In this document: positions 1 through 11,548 of the stretch, in pieces
Layout of the letters: the number at the start of each line of letters is the position of its first letter
Numbering within the stretch: position 1 is the first letter of the stretch
Assembly: GCA_017991395.1 (NCBI GenBank)
Contig: JAGOQQ010000001.1
Span: forward strand, 97,864 to 161,863
DNA: 64,000 nucleotides
Direction: 5' to 3'
DNA from: Minisyncoccota bacterium
GTDB lineage: Bacteria > Patescibacteriota > Minisyncoccia > Phycocordibacterales > UBA9973
Translations under genes and position numbers: made by a program
Notes under the pieces: model-generated
The model's database searches: none
Seen by the model: the letters and a program-made list of their open reading frames with translations, nothing else
Told to the model about the DNA's origin: nothing

Positions 1-3000
1 GGTACTTGGTAAGGATTTGAAGTTGTATCTGTATCAATCAATGTAGTCCCTCGATAAAACTCAACTTTTGTGACTCCTACATTGTCTGTTGCTGTCGCAT
101 CAATCGCTATTGTTCCAGAAACAGTTTGATTTGCTGTCGGTGCTGTAATTGACACTGTCGGCGCAGTTGTGTCTGGTGGAGGAACCACCACATTGTTTAC
201 TGAAATTGTAACAGTTGGAGTTGTCACAACATTTCCAGATGAGTCATAGACTTTTGCATATACACCATATGTACCATTTGAAACTGTATTTGTGTTCCAT
301 TGATATGTGTAGCTTCCAGATGTTCCACTTGCTATCACAGAGCCGATTTGAGTATTTGTTGTTCTGTAGAAATCAATGTGGTCCAATGCAACATTGTCTG
401 ACGCTGACACTGTAATCGGTGATGTTCCTGAAAGGACGTCACTTGATACAGGAGAGATTACTGAAGCGACCGGTGCTTGTGTGTCTGGTGCTGACGGTGT
501 GGTGATATTTAATATTGAAGAATATGCCGACCAATTCCCCGCTACGTCTTTTGCACGCACTTTAAATGCATATGAAGTTGATGCAGATAGCCCATTTGCA
601 ACGAATGTAGTACTAGTGAGATTTGACGTCAACACTGTGGTATTCATAGTTATTTCATATGCATCAACACCCACATTGTCTGTCGAAGGCAACCATGAAA
701 TTGTAACCGTGTTGTGAGAAAGATTAGATGATGTAAGACCAGCTGGTACAGTTGGTGCTTGTGTGTCAACAGAGGCAAGTGTTGTTACTTGAAGTGTTGT
801 CGATGCATTCGAAATATTTCCAGCACTATCCCGAGCTTTTACGCTCACTGAATACAGTGTTGAAGGAGTGAGTCCGGTCAATGTATATGCTGTACCACTT
901 GATGTTCCACTAAACACGGAATTATTATAGATATCATATCCCACGACCCCCACATTGTCAGTTGAAGCTGACCACGTCAAATCAATTGAATTTGAAGTTT
1001 GAAGTGGTGAGGTTAGATTTGTTGGAACTGTCGGAGCCACAGTATCTGTTGAAACTCCACCTGAAGGTACAAAACTTGCATCTGGAGTAAGAATCACTTT
1101 GTCCAAATCAAGAGTTGAGACTAATCCAAGATTAAGAGTGTGATTTGTACCTATTGAAACTCCAGAGAAACTACCTGGAAGTTTTATCCATTGGTATCCA
1201 CCTTGTGAAAATGATGTTGAAAGTGATGATCCACCATCCACATTTGCAGTCAATGTTGCTGTTCCTGAAGATGCTCGTGCACGTGCCCAAAGATAGAATG
1301 TTGTTCCACTTCCTAGTCGTGGTTGGAATGTGTATCCGAGATTACCACTTGCATTTACATACGAATCAGCTTGTGAAAAATCTCTTCCAGTGTAGCCTGT
1401 GGTTTTGATAGTCGCAGTACCTGAATCGTTGAGTTCTGCATCAATCAAGAAATTCTTTGACCAATACCCAGGATGTGTTGCTTCATGCCATGCATCAAGC
1501 TGGTAGAAGACAGGTGCTGAAGTGTTTGTATTGTCATAGATATACATACTTCCCTGACGACGTGCCTCGAATGTGACATCATTTCCACCGAGCTTGATTG
1601 TGAGATTTTTTGCTGGCTTAACATTACCTGTAAGATTTGTTGATTGATTTATGTTTGCACTGATCAAGTACTTATTTGATGTATTTGATTTTCGAACGAC
1701 AACCAATGCATTTGGATCATTTGTAAGCCATGAGTATCCAAGACCCAAAGTAGTTGAGTTGTCTGGGTGGAAATATGCATCCCCTTGCATCAAATCTGAT
1801 GATTTATAGAATGTATCAACTCGTGAAATCAATGCTTGTACATATGGAGCAATTGCGTTTTGCCAAGTGTATGATTCTGGAAGTCCTACTGCGACGATTG
1901 CTCCATTGCAGTCTTTGGTGTTATTAAAAAATCCTGTATAGAAGAACTCAGACCCAGCATTAGCAAGACTCTTTATCAACCCAAGATACTGACCAGGCGT
2001 ATAGTTTTTTGTTGCATTTGTAAGCCATCCAGCTGATATGAAGATACTCGAAAACTTATCTCCAGATGCTCTTTGGTTTACTAATGATTCATTGAACCAT
2101 CCCCAACCATGCCATGCTGCTGCCCAGTATCTCCAGTTTGTAGGCCAACATGGATAGAAGTCTCCCGTTGCATATTTTTGTCCATTTATTGTACTATTCA
2201 CATTTCTCACTTCTGACCAATCAATTCTCCCTGAAGGACCACCTTCGTGAGGATATTCGGTATATTTCGCGTTTTGCAAACCAGACAATGTCATAAATCT
2301 GCCACTAAATGCCTGATTCACATTCTCAGCATATTTTCTTCCCATGTATTTTTGAATACTAATACCATTTTGTGATGCCTCAGACACAACAAGTGGATCG
2401 GTGTTTAGAAGAGTATCACTTAGACCATGAATGATTTCCCCGTTATCATTTATAAGATCAATTACTTTTGTTGGATTTGCTGCCACACGAGCAGGAACTG
2501 CCGCCATCAAATTTTGAAGTCCTGTTTTGATTGTATCTCCATCTGAAACATAGCTTGAAATAAGCGATGTAGATGCTGGCCTCCAAATTTTATCTGGTGC
2601 TGACACAGTAATCACACTTCCGCTTGAGTTTACGTTTATAAATTGCCCACTAGAATTTTGTAGGTAGTGATCGTTTGGAAGAGTTTGTGATTTGAGTTTT
2701 GTGTTAATTTGTGCACGATAAGTGATTACCGCCAAAGGATGATTTGGGTAATCATTAGCAAGTTTTGCAAGTGCTGCACGATATTTTGTACCAGCAGATG
2801 ATGCAGAGTAATCTTGCCCCGGTTGAACATTGTTGATTGTAATCGCATATCCGAAATTGAGTGCAAGCTCTTTCATGATATTGTACGCATTTGATGCAAC
2901 TGTTGCATCATCATTGACTGCATTTGCAGTAACTTGCGCTTGGTATTGAATATCTGCCCACAAGACATTTGGGAGGAGTATGTGTCCTGCTTTAAATCGA

Positions 3001-4020
3001 GGAATTGGATACTTTTGCAGTTGCACTAAGGGCTTATCAGTGATTCCAGTTGTATAGCTGGCATTTGGATCAACGACAGCTCCAGGTGCATAATCAAGTG
3101 AATCATAAGTTCCAGTTGTTGGCCCACCCTGAGCTACTGACGTGATTTGTGTCCAGTTTTGATATGCAATGCCTGCCAAGAAGTCGGCATAGTGTTGATT
3201 TATTAAATTCCCAGGCAAAGCATTTGAATAGAGTGCAATTTCATCTAAGTCACCTGCAAATTTTCTGTTTTGTGATGTGGTATTAAAAAATGCAGTGCCT
3301 GTTGAAGATCCCGACACAAGATTTCCAGAAGTACTTGAAGCAGAAAATCCAGTCGGTAGTGTACCGTCAACCCAAATTTCTTTCGTACCATCCGACTTTC
3401 GAACAAAAGCCATATGATGCCAATCTCCATCAGTATAGTAATTCCACGAACGCTCATTTGCACCGTTCATGTTTACTGATAAATCATGAACAACACCGTC
3501 GGCTGTCTTTGTTTTAAATGACAAAATGTTTGAGCTTGTCATAGTGTTTCCGCGTGAAGGAGTGGTTGTAAATCTGATGTCTACAGAACCATTTGAGTCT
3601 TCACGGAAAAATTCAGTGTTATTGAATCCGCGACCTGGTCGAAACATGAATTCAAGTGTGAATTCATTGGTAAAACCAGTTCCTCCTGTTACATGAAGAC
3701 GCTGAGGTGAATTCTCATAAGGAATTCTGATGAACTTTCCTACTGGTCCTCCCGAAATGAGCGCCACACTACTTGGTGTGACATCGGAACCTGAACTTGA
3801 AGAAAGCTGTTTAGTTCCAACAGAAGACGCATTCATATCAACTCCTTCGAATTGGAAAAATGTTGTTGGATTTATAGGACTTGTCTGTGGTATCGGAGAA
3901 TACGACACCTGTGCAAGCTGGGAACCTGCATTTTGTACAATGCCAGATTTTTGAATAACCGTAACAAGCAACACAATCGACAATGCACAAAATACAACTG
4001 CGATAATTTTCTTCATAATT
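1..4020 (-). CDS. giant secreted/anchored surface protein, 5' part only (C-terminus lies beyond window start); paralog of 4178..9334; LamG-like N-terminal region plus FN3-like repeats
   Basis: Reverse complement of 3961-4020 encodes MKKIIAVVFCALSIVLLVTVIQKSGIVQ, near-identical to N-terminus of the downstream 1733-aa ORF. Long stop-free minus-strand frame to position 1; only short antisense ORFs on the plus strand. Not in the ORF track because it runs off the window edge. Confidence 0.75.
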
Positions 4021-4140
4021 TTATCTTTTAAAATTTCAGGATTTAATAATGCCTTAATTATACATTGTATTGTAAATATATAAAGTGAAATTTATATAAA
4101 TAACAAAATCCACCTTCCCTGTTAATCAACTATTTGCAAT

Positions 4141-4166
4141 ATAAAAACACCCTCATTGAGGGTGTT
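4141..4166 (-). terminator. rho-independent terminator of giant protein gene B
   Basis: Hairpin aacaccctcattgagggtgtt followed by a T-run on the minus strand, immediately downstream of the stop at 4178. Confidence 0.6.
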
Positions 4167-4177
4167 TTTAATTTTTA

Positions 4178-7100
4178 CTAATTCTTTGCTCTAATCCAAA
4201 CCCATGGTGATGTCTTTGTGTTTCCTGCTGCATCAAATGCTTTCGCATTGAAGTTGTAGAAAGGATTGAGTAGTGTCTGCGGTACGAGATAGTCACAAGT
4301 ATATGGTGATGAATTATCTGTACACACGAGAGTTGGTGAACTTGTTGATGTTCCGCCTGAACCCTTTGAAAGCCAGAACTCTACCTTTGTCACTCCTACA
4401 TTGTCCAAAGCGTCCGCAGTAAGAGTTGCAGTAGTACCTTTCTTAAACTTGGTTCCTGCCACTGGCGATACAATTGAGACTGTTGGTGCAACTGTATCTG
4501 TGCCTGATGTAGTCACAGTAACTGTAGCTGCCACTTGAGAAATGTTTTGAATTGAATTTCTCGCATGAACTCCTAGGAAGTACGTAGTGTTTGGTGTAAG
4601 TCCGGTCACTGTGTAGCTTGTTCCAGGTGCTCCTGTAACGAAGCGATTTGCGCCAGTGTTTGAATCTTTCCATACATCGTATCCGATAAGTCCTATTGGA
4701 TCAGTTGAAGGATTCCACGAGAGACTTACTGATGTGCTTGTTGTGTTTGTAACCACAAGACCAGTAACGTTTGAAGGGAATGTCACGAAGTTGTTTACAG
4801 AAACTGTTCGTGATGCTGATGTACCGATATTTCCCGCTGCATCATATGCTTTCGCATAGAATGTGAAGTTTCCGTCTGGTGCTGAAGTTGAATTCCATGT
4901 GAAGGTGAAGGTGTTTGAACCAGATGCGACACCTGTACCAAGCACAGTGTTGTCAGCTTTGTAGAATGTGACTGACGTGACGACTGAATTCACTGTTGCG
5001 ACAAGATTCACATTTGTTCCTCCGACTGATGCTCCTGCTGATGGAGAAGAAATTGTTGCAGTCGGTGCTGTTGGTGGTGCATTATTTACTACTACAGTTA
5101 TCGCTTGAGATGTTGCAGTGTTCGGATTTTGTGCCGAATCATACGCTTTAGCAGTGATTGAATACGTACCATTTGGAACTGATGTTGTATTCCATGCTAT
5201 GTCGAATATTCCACTAGTGCCATTAGAGCCAGATGTGTCGTTGCCAATAGCTGTAGAAGTACCTGATCTGTAAAATTCCACCTTTGTAACTCCTGCGTTG
5301 TCAGTAGCATTTGCCATCAGGGGAATAATGCCCGAAACAGTTGCACCTTGTGCCGGTGAGGTCATTGCAACTACTGGAGGTGTTGTATCTGGTGGTGGAA
5401 CAACGACATTATTAACGGTAACTACGACATTTGAAGTAGTGACTGAGAGTGTTGCATTGTCATATATTTTTGCTGAAAGTATGTACGAACCATTTGGAAC
5501 CGTTGTTGTATTCCACTGGAATGTATAGCTTCCTGAAGTTCCAGTAGCTGCTATTCCTCCAATTTGAATGTTTCCTCCTCTGTAGAAGTCTATGTGATTG
5601 AGCCCACCTGCATCTGATGCTGACACTGTGATAGGTGTTGTACCAGAGAGTGTTGCACCTCCAGATGGCACAACAATTGATCCAGTTGGGGGAATCGTAT
5701 CTGGAGCTTGAAGTGTCGTCACATTGAGTACAGATGAATATCCTGACCAAAGTCCAGCTGCATCCTTTGCACGAACTTGCACTGCATACAAAGTCACAGG
5801 GTTGAGTCCCGTTGCACTATAAGTAGTAGAAGTAAGGATCGTTGGATTTTCCACGTTGTTTATCTTGACTTGATATCCTGTCACACCCACATTGTCTGTT
5901 GATGCTGTCCAAGCAAGAGAGTATGAATTGTGAGTAACACTTGATGATACAAGCCCTGCTGGAACTGAAGGAGGAATGTTATCGACTGCTGCAAGTGTGC
6001 TTACTTGTATTGATGCCGATGCATTTGAAACATTTAGCGCGGCGTCACGTGCCTTCACAGAAAGTGTATATGCTGTTGAAGGTGTGAGATTTGTCAAAGT
6101 AATTGCGTTTGAAGTAGATGATGCGATGATGGTAGCGTTTGAGTATACATCGTATCCTACAACCCCCACATTGTCAGTTGATGCAGTCCAAGTCAAATCG
6201 ATTGAGTTTGAAGTTTGAGTTGGAGATGCGAGATTTGTTGGAGATGAAGGTGCTGTAGTATCTGTTGATGTAACAGGTGGTACAAATCCTGCATCTGGAG
6301 TCAAGTAAAACTTTTCAAGGTCAAGTCCAGCTGGTACCACGAGATTCAATGTGTGGTTTGTTGAAAGTGTTACTCCAGAGAAGCTTCCTGGTAGCTTCAC
6401 CCATTGAAATGCTCCACTGTTGAATGTTGTTGAAAGTGGTGATCCACCGTCTACATTTGCTTGAAGTGTTGAACTTCCTCCTGTTGTCTTCGCACGTGCC
6501 CACAAGTAGAAGGTTGTTCCACTTCCAACTCGAGGCTGAAATGTGTATCCTAGAGTCCCATTTGCATTGACATATGAGTCTGCATTCGTGAAATCACGCC
6601 CTACATATCCTGTTGTTTTAATTGTTGCTGTGCCTGTATCGTATAGCTCTGCATCAAAAAGGAAATTCTTTGACCAGTAAATTGGATGAGTTGCTTCATG
6701 CCATGCGTCAAGCTGATAAAACACTGGAGCTGACGTATTTGTATTGTCATACATATATACACTTCCTTGTTCTCTTGCCTTGAAAGTCACCTCATTGCCA
6801 TCGAGTTTGATTGTAAGATTTTTCTCAGGCACAACAGCGTTTGCTTTTGAGTTTATAGCGTTGTATCCTGCAGAAATCATATACTTATTGCCAGTGTTTG
6901 ACTTTCGAACTGTCACAATTGAGTGAGGATCTTGAGTAATAAACTTGAATCCATTTCCAAGGTATGGCTCCTCTTGTGCAATGAGATTGTCCCCTTGCAT
7001 TGCGTCAGAATTTCTAAAGAAAGATTCGTTTCGTGAAATAAGCGCCTGCGTATAGGGTGCTGTAGTGTTTTGCCAAGTGTAGTTTTTTGGGTCTCCTACA

Positions 7101-9334
7101 TTTGATCCATAGTCTTCGCCAGGGAAATATGATGTGTAGAAATATTCTCCACCTAGTACCGCCATGTTTTTCACGAGACCAAGCCACATCGCAGGCGGAA
7201 CATGTCGTACCGCAACAGGATTCCATCCTGGTGCAATAAATGGTGAGAAAAACTTATCGCCTGTTTGTCTTACGTTTTTCAGTGTCAATTCAAGCCATGA
7301 CCATCCGTGCCATGCACCACTGTATCCTGCCCAGTTCTTTGTTCCAAAACGCATATAAAAGTCGAGAGTACTATATCTTTGACCATTTATTGGATGTGGG
7401 TCATTGATAAGTCTTGCTTCTGTCCAATCCCAACGATCAATTGGTCCGCCATCAACGTTGTACTCAGCGTACAAGGTGTTTTGCATTCCTGGTAGTGATT
7501 TGATTGGTGCTTTGTATGCCTGATTAACATTGTTAGCGTACATTCTTGAAGAAAACTTATATGTATTGATTCCAAGTGCATTTGCTGCAGTAAGCACTTG
7601 ATTGTCCAGGTCTGTAGTCCATGAACCACCAGGACCATTTTTGTCATCATATCCTGCAAACAACTCGGCATTTTCACTTATTATGTCGATTGCTTTAGTA
7701 GGATTTAATGCCAAACGAGCAGGCATAGCATTCAATAATGGTTGAAAAACCTGTGTTTTTTGAGTATTTCCATCACTTATAAATGTAGATATTGGTGCCG
7801 TCGGTCTCCAGTTCTTAGCATTATTTGCATCTGGTTGATTTGAATTATATGTTCCAATCGGATTACCTGAATATGGACTTAAAAACTGTCCCGTCGAAGT
7901 ATTTTGAAAATAATTACTACTTGGAAGAGTCTGACTTATAGGATTTACAAACGACATAGCAGACGGAATTGGTCGTCTGGTTGTGATAATCGCCATTGGA
8001 TGACTCGGGTTTTCATTTGCAAGAGTTGCAACTCTCACAGCATAGTCATCTTGATTCCAATATTGCCCAACCCCATTTACTGCATTTGGTCGTGGCTCGA
8101 CTAATGTGATCATGTGTCCAAAATTGAGCGCGATCTCCTTCATCAAATCATAAGCACTTGATGCAACCGCTGCGCTAAATGTAGCAGTGTTCGGTGCTAA
8201 TTGTGCTTGATTGTAAATACTTGCCCAAAGCACACTGAGTGTAAGTGTATGACCTGCCTTGTAACGAGGAAGGGGCATTTTTTTCAACTGCTGAAGAGGT
8301 GAGTCAATTATTCCTTGTGTGTAGTTTGGACAAGTGTTTGCTACGTTTGGTCCAACCTCGTCTGCATCAGGTGGAACACAGAGTACTGCTCCTGGTGCAT
8401 GATTGAGAGGATCATATGGATCATCAGTAATTGTGTTTTGCACTACTGAAGCGAGCTGTGTCCAGTTTTGATAAGTAAGACCTGCTTTGAAATCATCGTA
8501 GTGTTGCTTGACCATGTTTCCTGGAAGCGCAGATGTGTATATTGCGAGTTGATCCATATCCCCATAAAATTTTCTATTTGATGGGCCGTTGTTGTTGTCA
8601 GAAAAATACGCTTGTGCTGTAGGTGCAGAAGAGACAAGGTTTCCGGATGGTGCAGATTTTGAAAACCCCTGTGGAAGAGTTCCATCTATCCAAATTTCTT
8701 TTGTTCCATCAGGTTTTCGCACAAATGCAACATGGTGCCAATTTCCATCTGTCCAATATGACCACGAACGCTCTCTTGTACCAAATTGCATGTTGAGATT
8801 AAAATCATCTGTTCCGCTTGCTGTTTTTGTCTTGAAAGACAGAAACACATTTTCGTTGAGTCCCCAACTTGCCATGTCTGGCATAACGCCAAAATCGATG
8901 TCAATTGAGCCATCAGATGTTGAGAAGAAATCAGTATTCTGAAATCCTCGTCCAGGTTTGAACATCATTTCGATTGTGAAAGCATTAGTCACTCCAGTTC
9001 CGCCTGAAATAAATGCCTCATCGACATCAACGTCTTTTGAGAAACGCATAAATTTACCGACTGGACCTCCAGAGACATATTGGAGGTTTGTAGGCGATGT
9101 AGTACCACTTGCTGATGAAGAGATATATTTTCCTCCTACTGAAGATGCATTGGGAGTGGCACCATCAAAATTAAAAAATACTGAAGGATTGATAGGGGTT
9201 GTGCTAGGTATCGGAACATAAGATACCTGAGCTAGCTGAGTACCTGCATCCTGCACAATGCCAGATTTTTGAATAACCGTAATGAGAAGCACAATCGACA
9301 ATGCACAGAATACAACTGCTATAATTTTTTTCAT
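4178..9334 (-). CDS. giant surface protein (1718 aa): signal anchor, LamG/concanavalin-like lectin domain, large central domain, 3 FN3 domains, 4 bacterial Ig-like (Big) domains
   Basis: ORF 4178..9379; start trimmed to MKKIIAVVFCALSIVLLIT (hydrophobic anchor). LamG signature W-HHVAFV...IWIDG...FYGDMDQLAIY. FN3 motif DLTWTASTDNVGVVGYDVY. Big-like repeats DTxPP...DNxGVxKVEF...AKAxDxAGN. Confidence 0.85.
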   Translation of the reverse strand: MKKIIAVVFCALSIVLLITVIQKSGIVQDAGTQLAQVSYVPIPSTTPINPSVFFNFDGATPNASSVGGKYISSSASGTTSPTNLQYVSGGPVGKFMRFSKDVDVDEAFISGGTGVTNAFTIEMMFKPGRGFQNTDFFSTSDGSIDIDFGVMPDMASWGLNENVFLSFKTKTASGTDDFNLNMQFGTRERSWSYWTDGNWHHVAFVRKPDGTKEIWIDGTLPQGFSKSAPSGNLVSSAPTAQAYFSDNNNGPSNRKFYGDMDQLAIYTSALPGNMVKQHYDDFKAGLTYQNWTQLASVVQNTITDDPYDPLNHAPGAVLCVPPDADEVGPNVANTCPNYTQGIIDSPLQQLKKMPLPRYKAGHTLTLSVLWASIYNQAQLAPNTATFSAAVASSAYDLMKEIALNFGHMITLVEPRPNAVNGVGQYWNQDDYAVRVATLANENPSHPMAIITTRRPIPSAMSFVNPISQTLPSSNYFQNTSTGQFLSPYSGNPIGTYNSNQPDANNAKNWRPTAPISTFISDGNTQKTQVFQPLLNAMPARLALNPTKAIDIISENAELFAGYDDKNGPGGSWTTDLDNQVLTAANALGINTYKFSSRMYANNVNQAYKAPIKSLPGMQNTLYAEYNVDGGPIDRWDWTEARLINDPHPINGQRYSTLDFYMRFGTKNWAGYSGAWHGWSWLELTLKNVRQTGDKFFSPFIAPGWNPVAVRHVPPAMWLGLVKNMAVLGGEYFYTSYFPGEDYGSNVGDPKNYTWQNTTAPYTQALISRNESFFRNSDAMQGDNLIAQEEPYLGNGFKFITQDPHSIVTVRKSNTGNKYMISAGYNAINSKANAVVPEKNLTIKLDGNEVTFKAREQGSVYMYDNTNTSAPVFYQLDAWHEATHPIYWSKNFLFDAELYDTGTATIKTTGYVGRDFTNADSYVNANGTLGYTFQPRVGSGTTFYLWARAKTTGGSSTLQANVDGGSPLSTTFNSGAFQWVKLPGSFSGVTLSTNHTLNLVVPAGLDLEKFYLTPDAGFVPPVTSTDTTAPSSPTNLASPTQTSNSIDLTWTASTDNVGVVGYDVYSNATIIASSTSNAITLTNLTPSTAYTLSVKARDAALNVSNASASIQVSTLAAVDNIPPSVPAGLVSSSVTHNSYSLAWTASTDNVGVTGYQVKINNVENPTILTSTTYSATGLNPVTLYAVQVRAKDAAGLWSGYSSVLNVTTLQAPDTIPPTGSIVVPSGGATLSGTTPITVSASDAGGLNHIDFYRGGNIQIGGIAATGTSGSYTFQWNTTTVPNGSYILSAKIYDNATLSVTTSNVVVTVNNVVVPPPDTTPPVVAMTSPAQGATVSGIIPLMANATDNAGVTKVEFYRSGTSTAIGNDTSGSNGTSGIFDIAWNTTSVPNGTYSITAKAYDSAQNPNTATSQAITVVVNNAPPTAPTATISSPSAGASVGGTNVNLVATVNSVVTSVTFYKADNTVLGTGVASGSNTFTFTWNSTSAPDGNFTFYAKAYDAAGNIGTSASRTVSVNNFVTFPSNVTGLVVTNTTSTSVSLSWNPSTDPIGLIGYDVWKDSNTGANRFVTGAPGTSYTVTGLTPNTTYFLGVHARNSIQNISQVAATVTVTTSGTDTVAPTVSIVSPVAGTKFKKGTTATLTADALDNVGVTKVEFWLSKGSGGTSTSSPTLVCTDNSSPYTCDYLVPQTLLNPFYNFNAKAFDAAGNTKTSPWVWIRAKN

Positions 9335-9455
9335 AATAATATAAAACAATAATAATTGATTACTAATATACGCATACACTATACGTATTCTAATTCTATC
9401 GTGTTATATACTAAATATCTATAAAAACTGTTGATAACTTCGCTTATTTGAATTA

Positions 9456-9490
9456 AAATAAAAAGCCGGACATACATCCGGCAAAAAAAA
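9456..9490 (-). terminator. rho-independent terminator
   Basis: gccggacatacatccggc hairpin plus T-run on the minus strand, downstream of the CDS ending at 9494. Confidence 0.6.
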
Positions 9491-9493
9491 TAC

Positions 9494-10318
9494 TCAATGG
9501 TGTACCGAGATCAAAAATGATTGTTCGCACACACGAAGCACGTACATGCCTACACTAAAATGTTCGATCGATATTATACTTGTGGTCATAGATCCTTTCG
9601 TATGCACTATGCACCTTCCGCTCATATCAAAGAGATCCACTTGGCATTCACTTCCATTCCCGTTTATATATATGTATTCACTTGCGGGATTTGGATATAT
9701 AAATATGTCTTCTTTCATACAGTGTTCGTCAAAATACAACTCATCCACGCACCCAATACAATCAATGATTCGCACAAGGCAAGGAAATTGATCAGCAGAA
9801 ACCATGTTTTGAGACGAAATCGGTCTATCAAATCTATCTTTCCAAATGATTTCATCCCCTATGCCAGAGGTATTTCGTAAATTTGATACAAAATAGTGCA
9901 ATTTTCCTACACTATATACCTTTTCGCATGCAATAATTGGTGAATTGTCCAAAACGAGGCGTTTTATGCTCGAATCACGACAGAAAGTACTGTCTTCAAT
10001 AAAAATGCACATGTATTCTCGCATATTATCCGTTGAATCCACAGAAAAACTGGTCGCCACGCCTGTGTGTGAGTCCCACTTCCATTTAGGTGATAGGTTG
10101 TGCCACAGACCACTTACAGTATCAAGGACTCTCCACTCATACTGTCCGATTCGTGTTTGACCAACAATCGGCGTGAATGCAACCTTAGTATGATGAAATG
10201 AATTTGAAGTACAATGATGCGAACTATAGATTTGAATATGTTCGATATGCTCTACCTTGCACTGAGAGTATGTGCACCATGAATGCACAGCCAGCAATAT
10301 TGTGAGGAGTGTTTTCAT
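9494..10318 (-). CDS. secreted protein with T9SS (Por secretion) C-terminal sorting domain
   Basis: Start trimmed to signal peptide MKTLLTILLAVHSWCTYSQ. C-terminus IYPNPASEYIYI...VDLFDMSGRCIVHTK...FSVGMYVLRV matches the TIGR04183-type CTD pattern. Confidence 0.75.
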   Translation of the reverse strand: MKTLLTILLAVHSWCTYSQCKVEHIEHIQIYSSHHCTSNSFHHTKVAFTPIVGQTRIGQYEWRVLDTVSGLWHNLSPKWKWDSHTGVATSFSVDSTDNMREYMCIFIEDSTFCRDSSIKRLVLDNSPIIACEKVYSVGKLHYFVSNLRNTSGIGDEIIWKDRFDRPISSQNMVSADQFPCLVRIIDCIGCVDELYFDEHCMKEDIFIYPNPASEYIYINGNGSECQVDLFDMSGRCIVHTKGSMTTSIISIEHFSVGMYVLRVCEQSFLISVHH

Positions 10319-10382
10319 TATTAAATTTTTTTGGGTTCCTTTTTCTTTATTACACCACATTGTAGAAAAATAAAAAGTGAAA

Positions 10383-10414
10383 ATAAAAAAAACGGCACCC
10401 TTACAGGGATGCCG
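10383..10414 (-). terminator. rho-independent terminator
   Basis: cggcaccct/agggatgccg hairpin plus T-run on the minus strand. Confidence 0.55.
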
Positions 10415-10432
10415 TCTCGATAATCAGGGCTA

Positions 10433-11548
10433 TTACCTCCTAACTATCAATTTTTGTGTTTGTTCACCGGAACGTACAAGGTACATTCCGTTTGGTAATG
10501 AACTTACATCAATATTCTGTGGGCTTGTGCCCTCAAATGTGTTGAAGTTAAGTTGACTTACCACTTTTCCGTTCATATCGAGAATCTCAACCCTTTCATC
10601 ATATCCAGAAATCTGGATCTGATCACTAGCTGGATTTGGACCTATTTGAAGGTCGAGAATTGACTCTTTACCTACTACTATTTCATTTTCATCACCAACT
10701 CTTGCGCCAATTACTGGCTTGGGAGTGATTTTGATCTGCTTGGTATTTACACAATTTCCAGCAGCAACAGTTGCCCTCATTTGTACTTTGTATGTTCCCG
10801 TATCAGATACGGTCACACAACTTACCCCTTGGGTAAATTGCACATTATTCTTAAACCATTTGGTTTTCGAATTTTGCACATCCCAAATCGTTGTGGCTGT
10901 CAAAGTTGTGCTTTGTCCAGGGGAAATTCGTCTCTTTGATGCAGTCAGATCAATTACGAGTGGGTACACCCATATTTGACCATGTGCGACATCAGAATAG
11001 CAACCATACTGATTGAATACTCTAAATCCTCCACCGTTAACCACTTTGTGAATCGATTTATCATGACCGTTTGGGAAAAATATACTATCAAACGGGACAG
11101 TGTACGAACCACTTTCATTTAATGCCAAGTAGTTTGTACCGCCACCTGGGTAAAGTGTCACACCTGCACAATTTGTGCTGAGGGTAAACCACCCATTTGG
11201 GTTTGGGTTGACAACAACGTCCACACCGCCGATTTCAGTACATCCATTTACTCCGGTAAAGGTGCAAATATATGTGTCAGTCATGTCTGTAGTAATTTGA
11301 CCATAGAACATTCCATCACCATTAGCTAAGGTGGTAAAAATTGCAGGCAGTGGTTCTCCACTAACGCGGGACCAAGTTATTGTACCGGGCTGTCCGGTAC
11401 GGTTAATTGACAATTCCACACCAAGTGTTCCTTCACAGGGATCCTGCGGGCTATTTACAGATTGAATTTCGCCACACTGGGCTTTCATTTCAGTTGCTGG
11501 AGCAGTCATACCGACAGCTACCAACAAAATGTAGATCATTTTTTTCAT
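10433..11548 (-). CDS. secreted Ig-like repeat protein with T9SS C-terminal sorting domain
   Basis: Signal peptide MKKMIYILLVAVGMTAPATEMKAQ. C-terminus IGPNPASDQIQISGYDERVEILDMNGKVVSQL...IDVSSLPNGMYLVRSGEQTQKLIVRR is a canonical type-A T9SS CTD. Confidence 0.8.
   Translation of the reverse strand: MKKMIYILLVAVGMTAPATEMKAQCGEIQSVNSPQDPCEGTLGVELSINRTGQPGTITWSRVSGEPLPAIFTTLANGDGMFYGQITTDMTDTYICTFTGVNGCTEIGGVDVVVNPNPNGWFTLSTNCAGVTLYPGGGTNYLALNESGSYTVPFDSIFFPNGHDKSIHKVVNGGGFRVFNQYGCYSDVAHGQIWVYPLVIDLTASKRRISPGQSTTLTATTIWDVQNSKTKWFKNNVQFTQGVSCVTVSDTGTYKVQMRATVAAGNCVNTKQIKITPKPVIGARVGDENEIVVGKESILDLQIGPNPASDQIQISGYDERVEILDMNGKVVSQLNFNTFEGTSPQNIDVSSLPNGMYLVRSGEQTQKLIVRR

Noticed and set aside
376-717. 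Plus-strand ORFs (376..717, 1145..1408, 5298..5528, 8589..8942, etc.) inside the giant minus-strand genes
   Set aside because: Antisense to long, motif-rich minus-strand reading frames; Thr/Ser/Val-rich codon mirror artefacts; no start context.
9335-9379. N-terminal 15-codon extension of the 1733-aa ORF (MYAYISNQLLLFYII)
   Set aside because: The paralog upstream starts exactly at MKKIIAVV and the conserved signal anchor begins there; the extension is probably untranslated.
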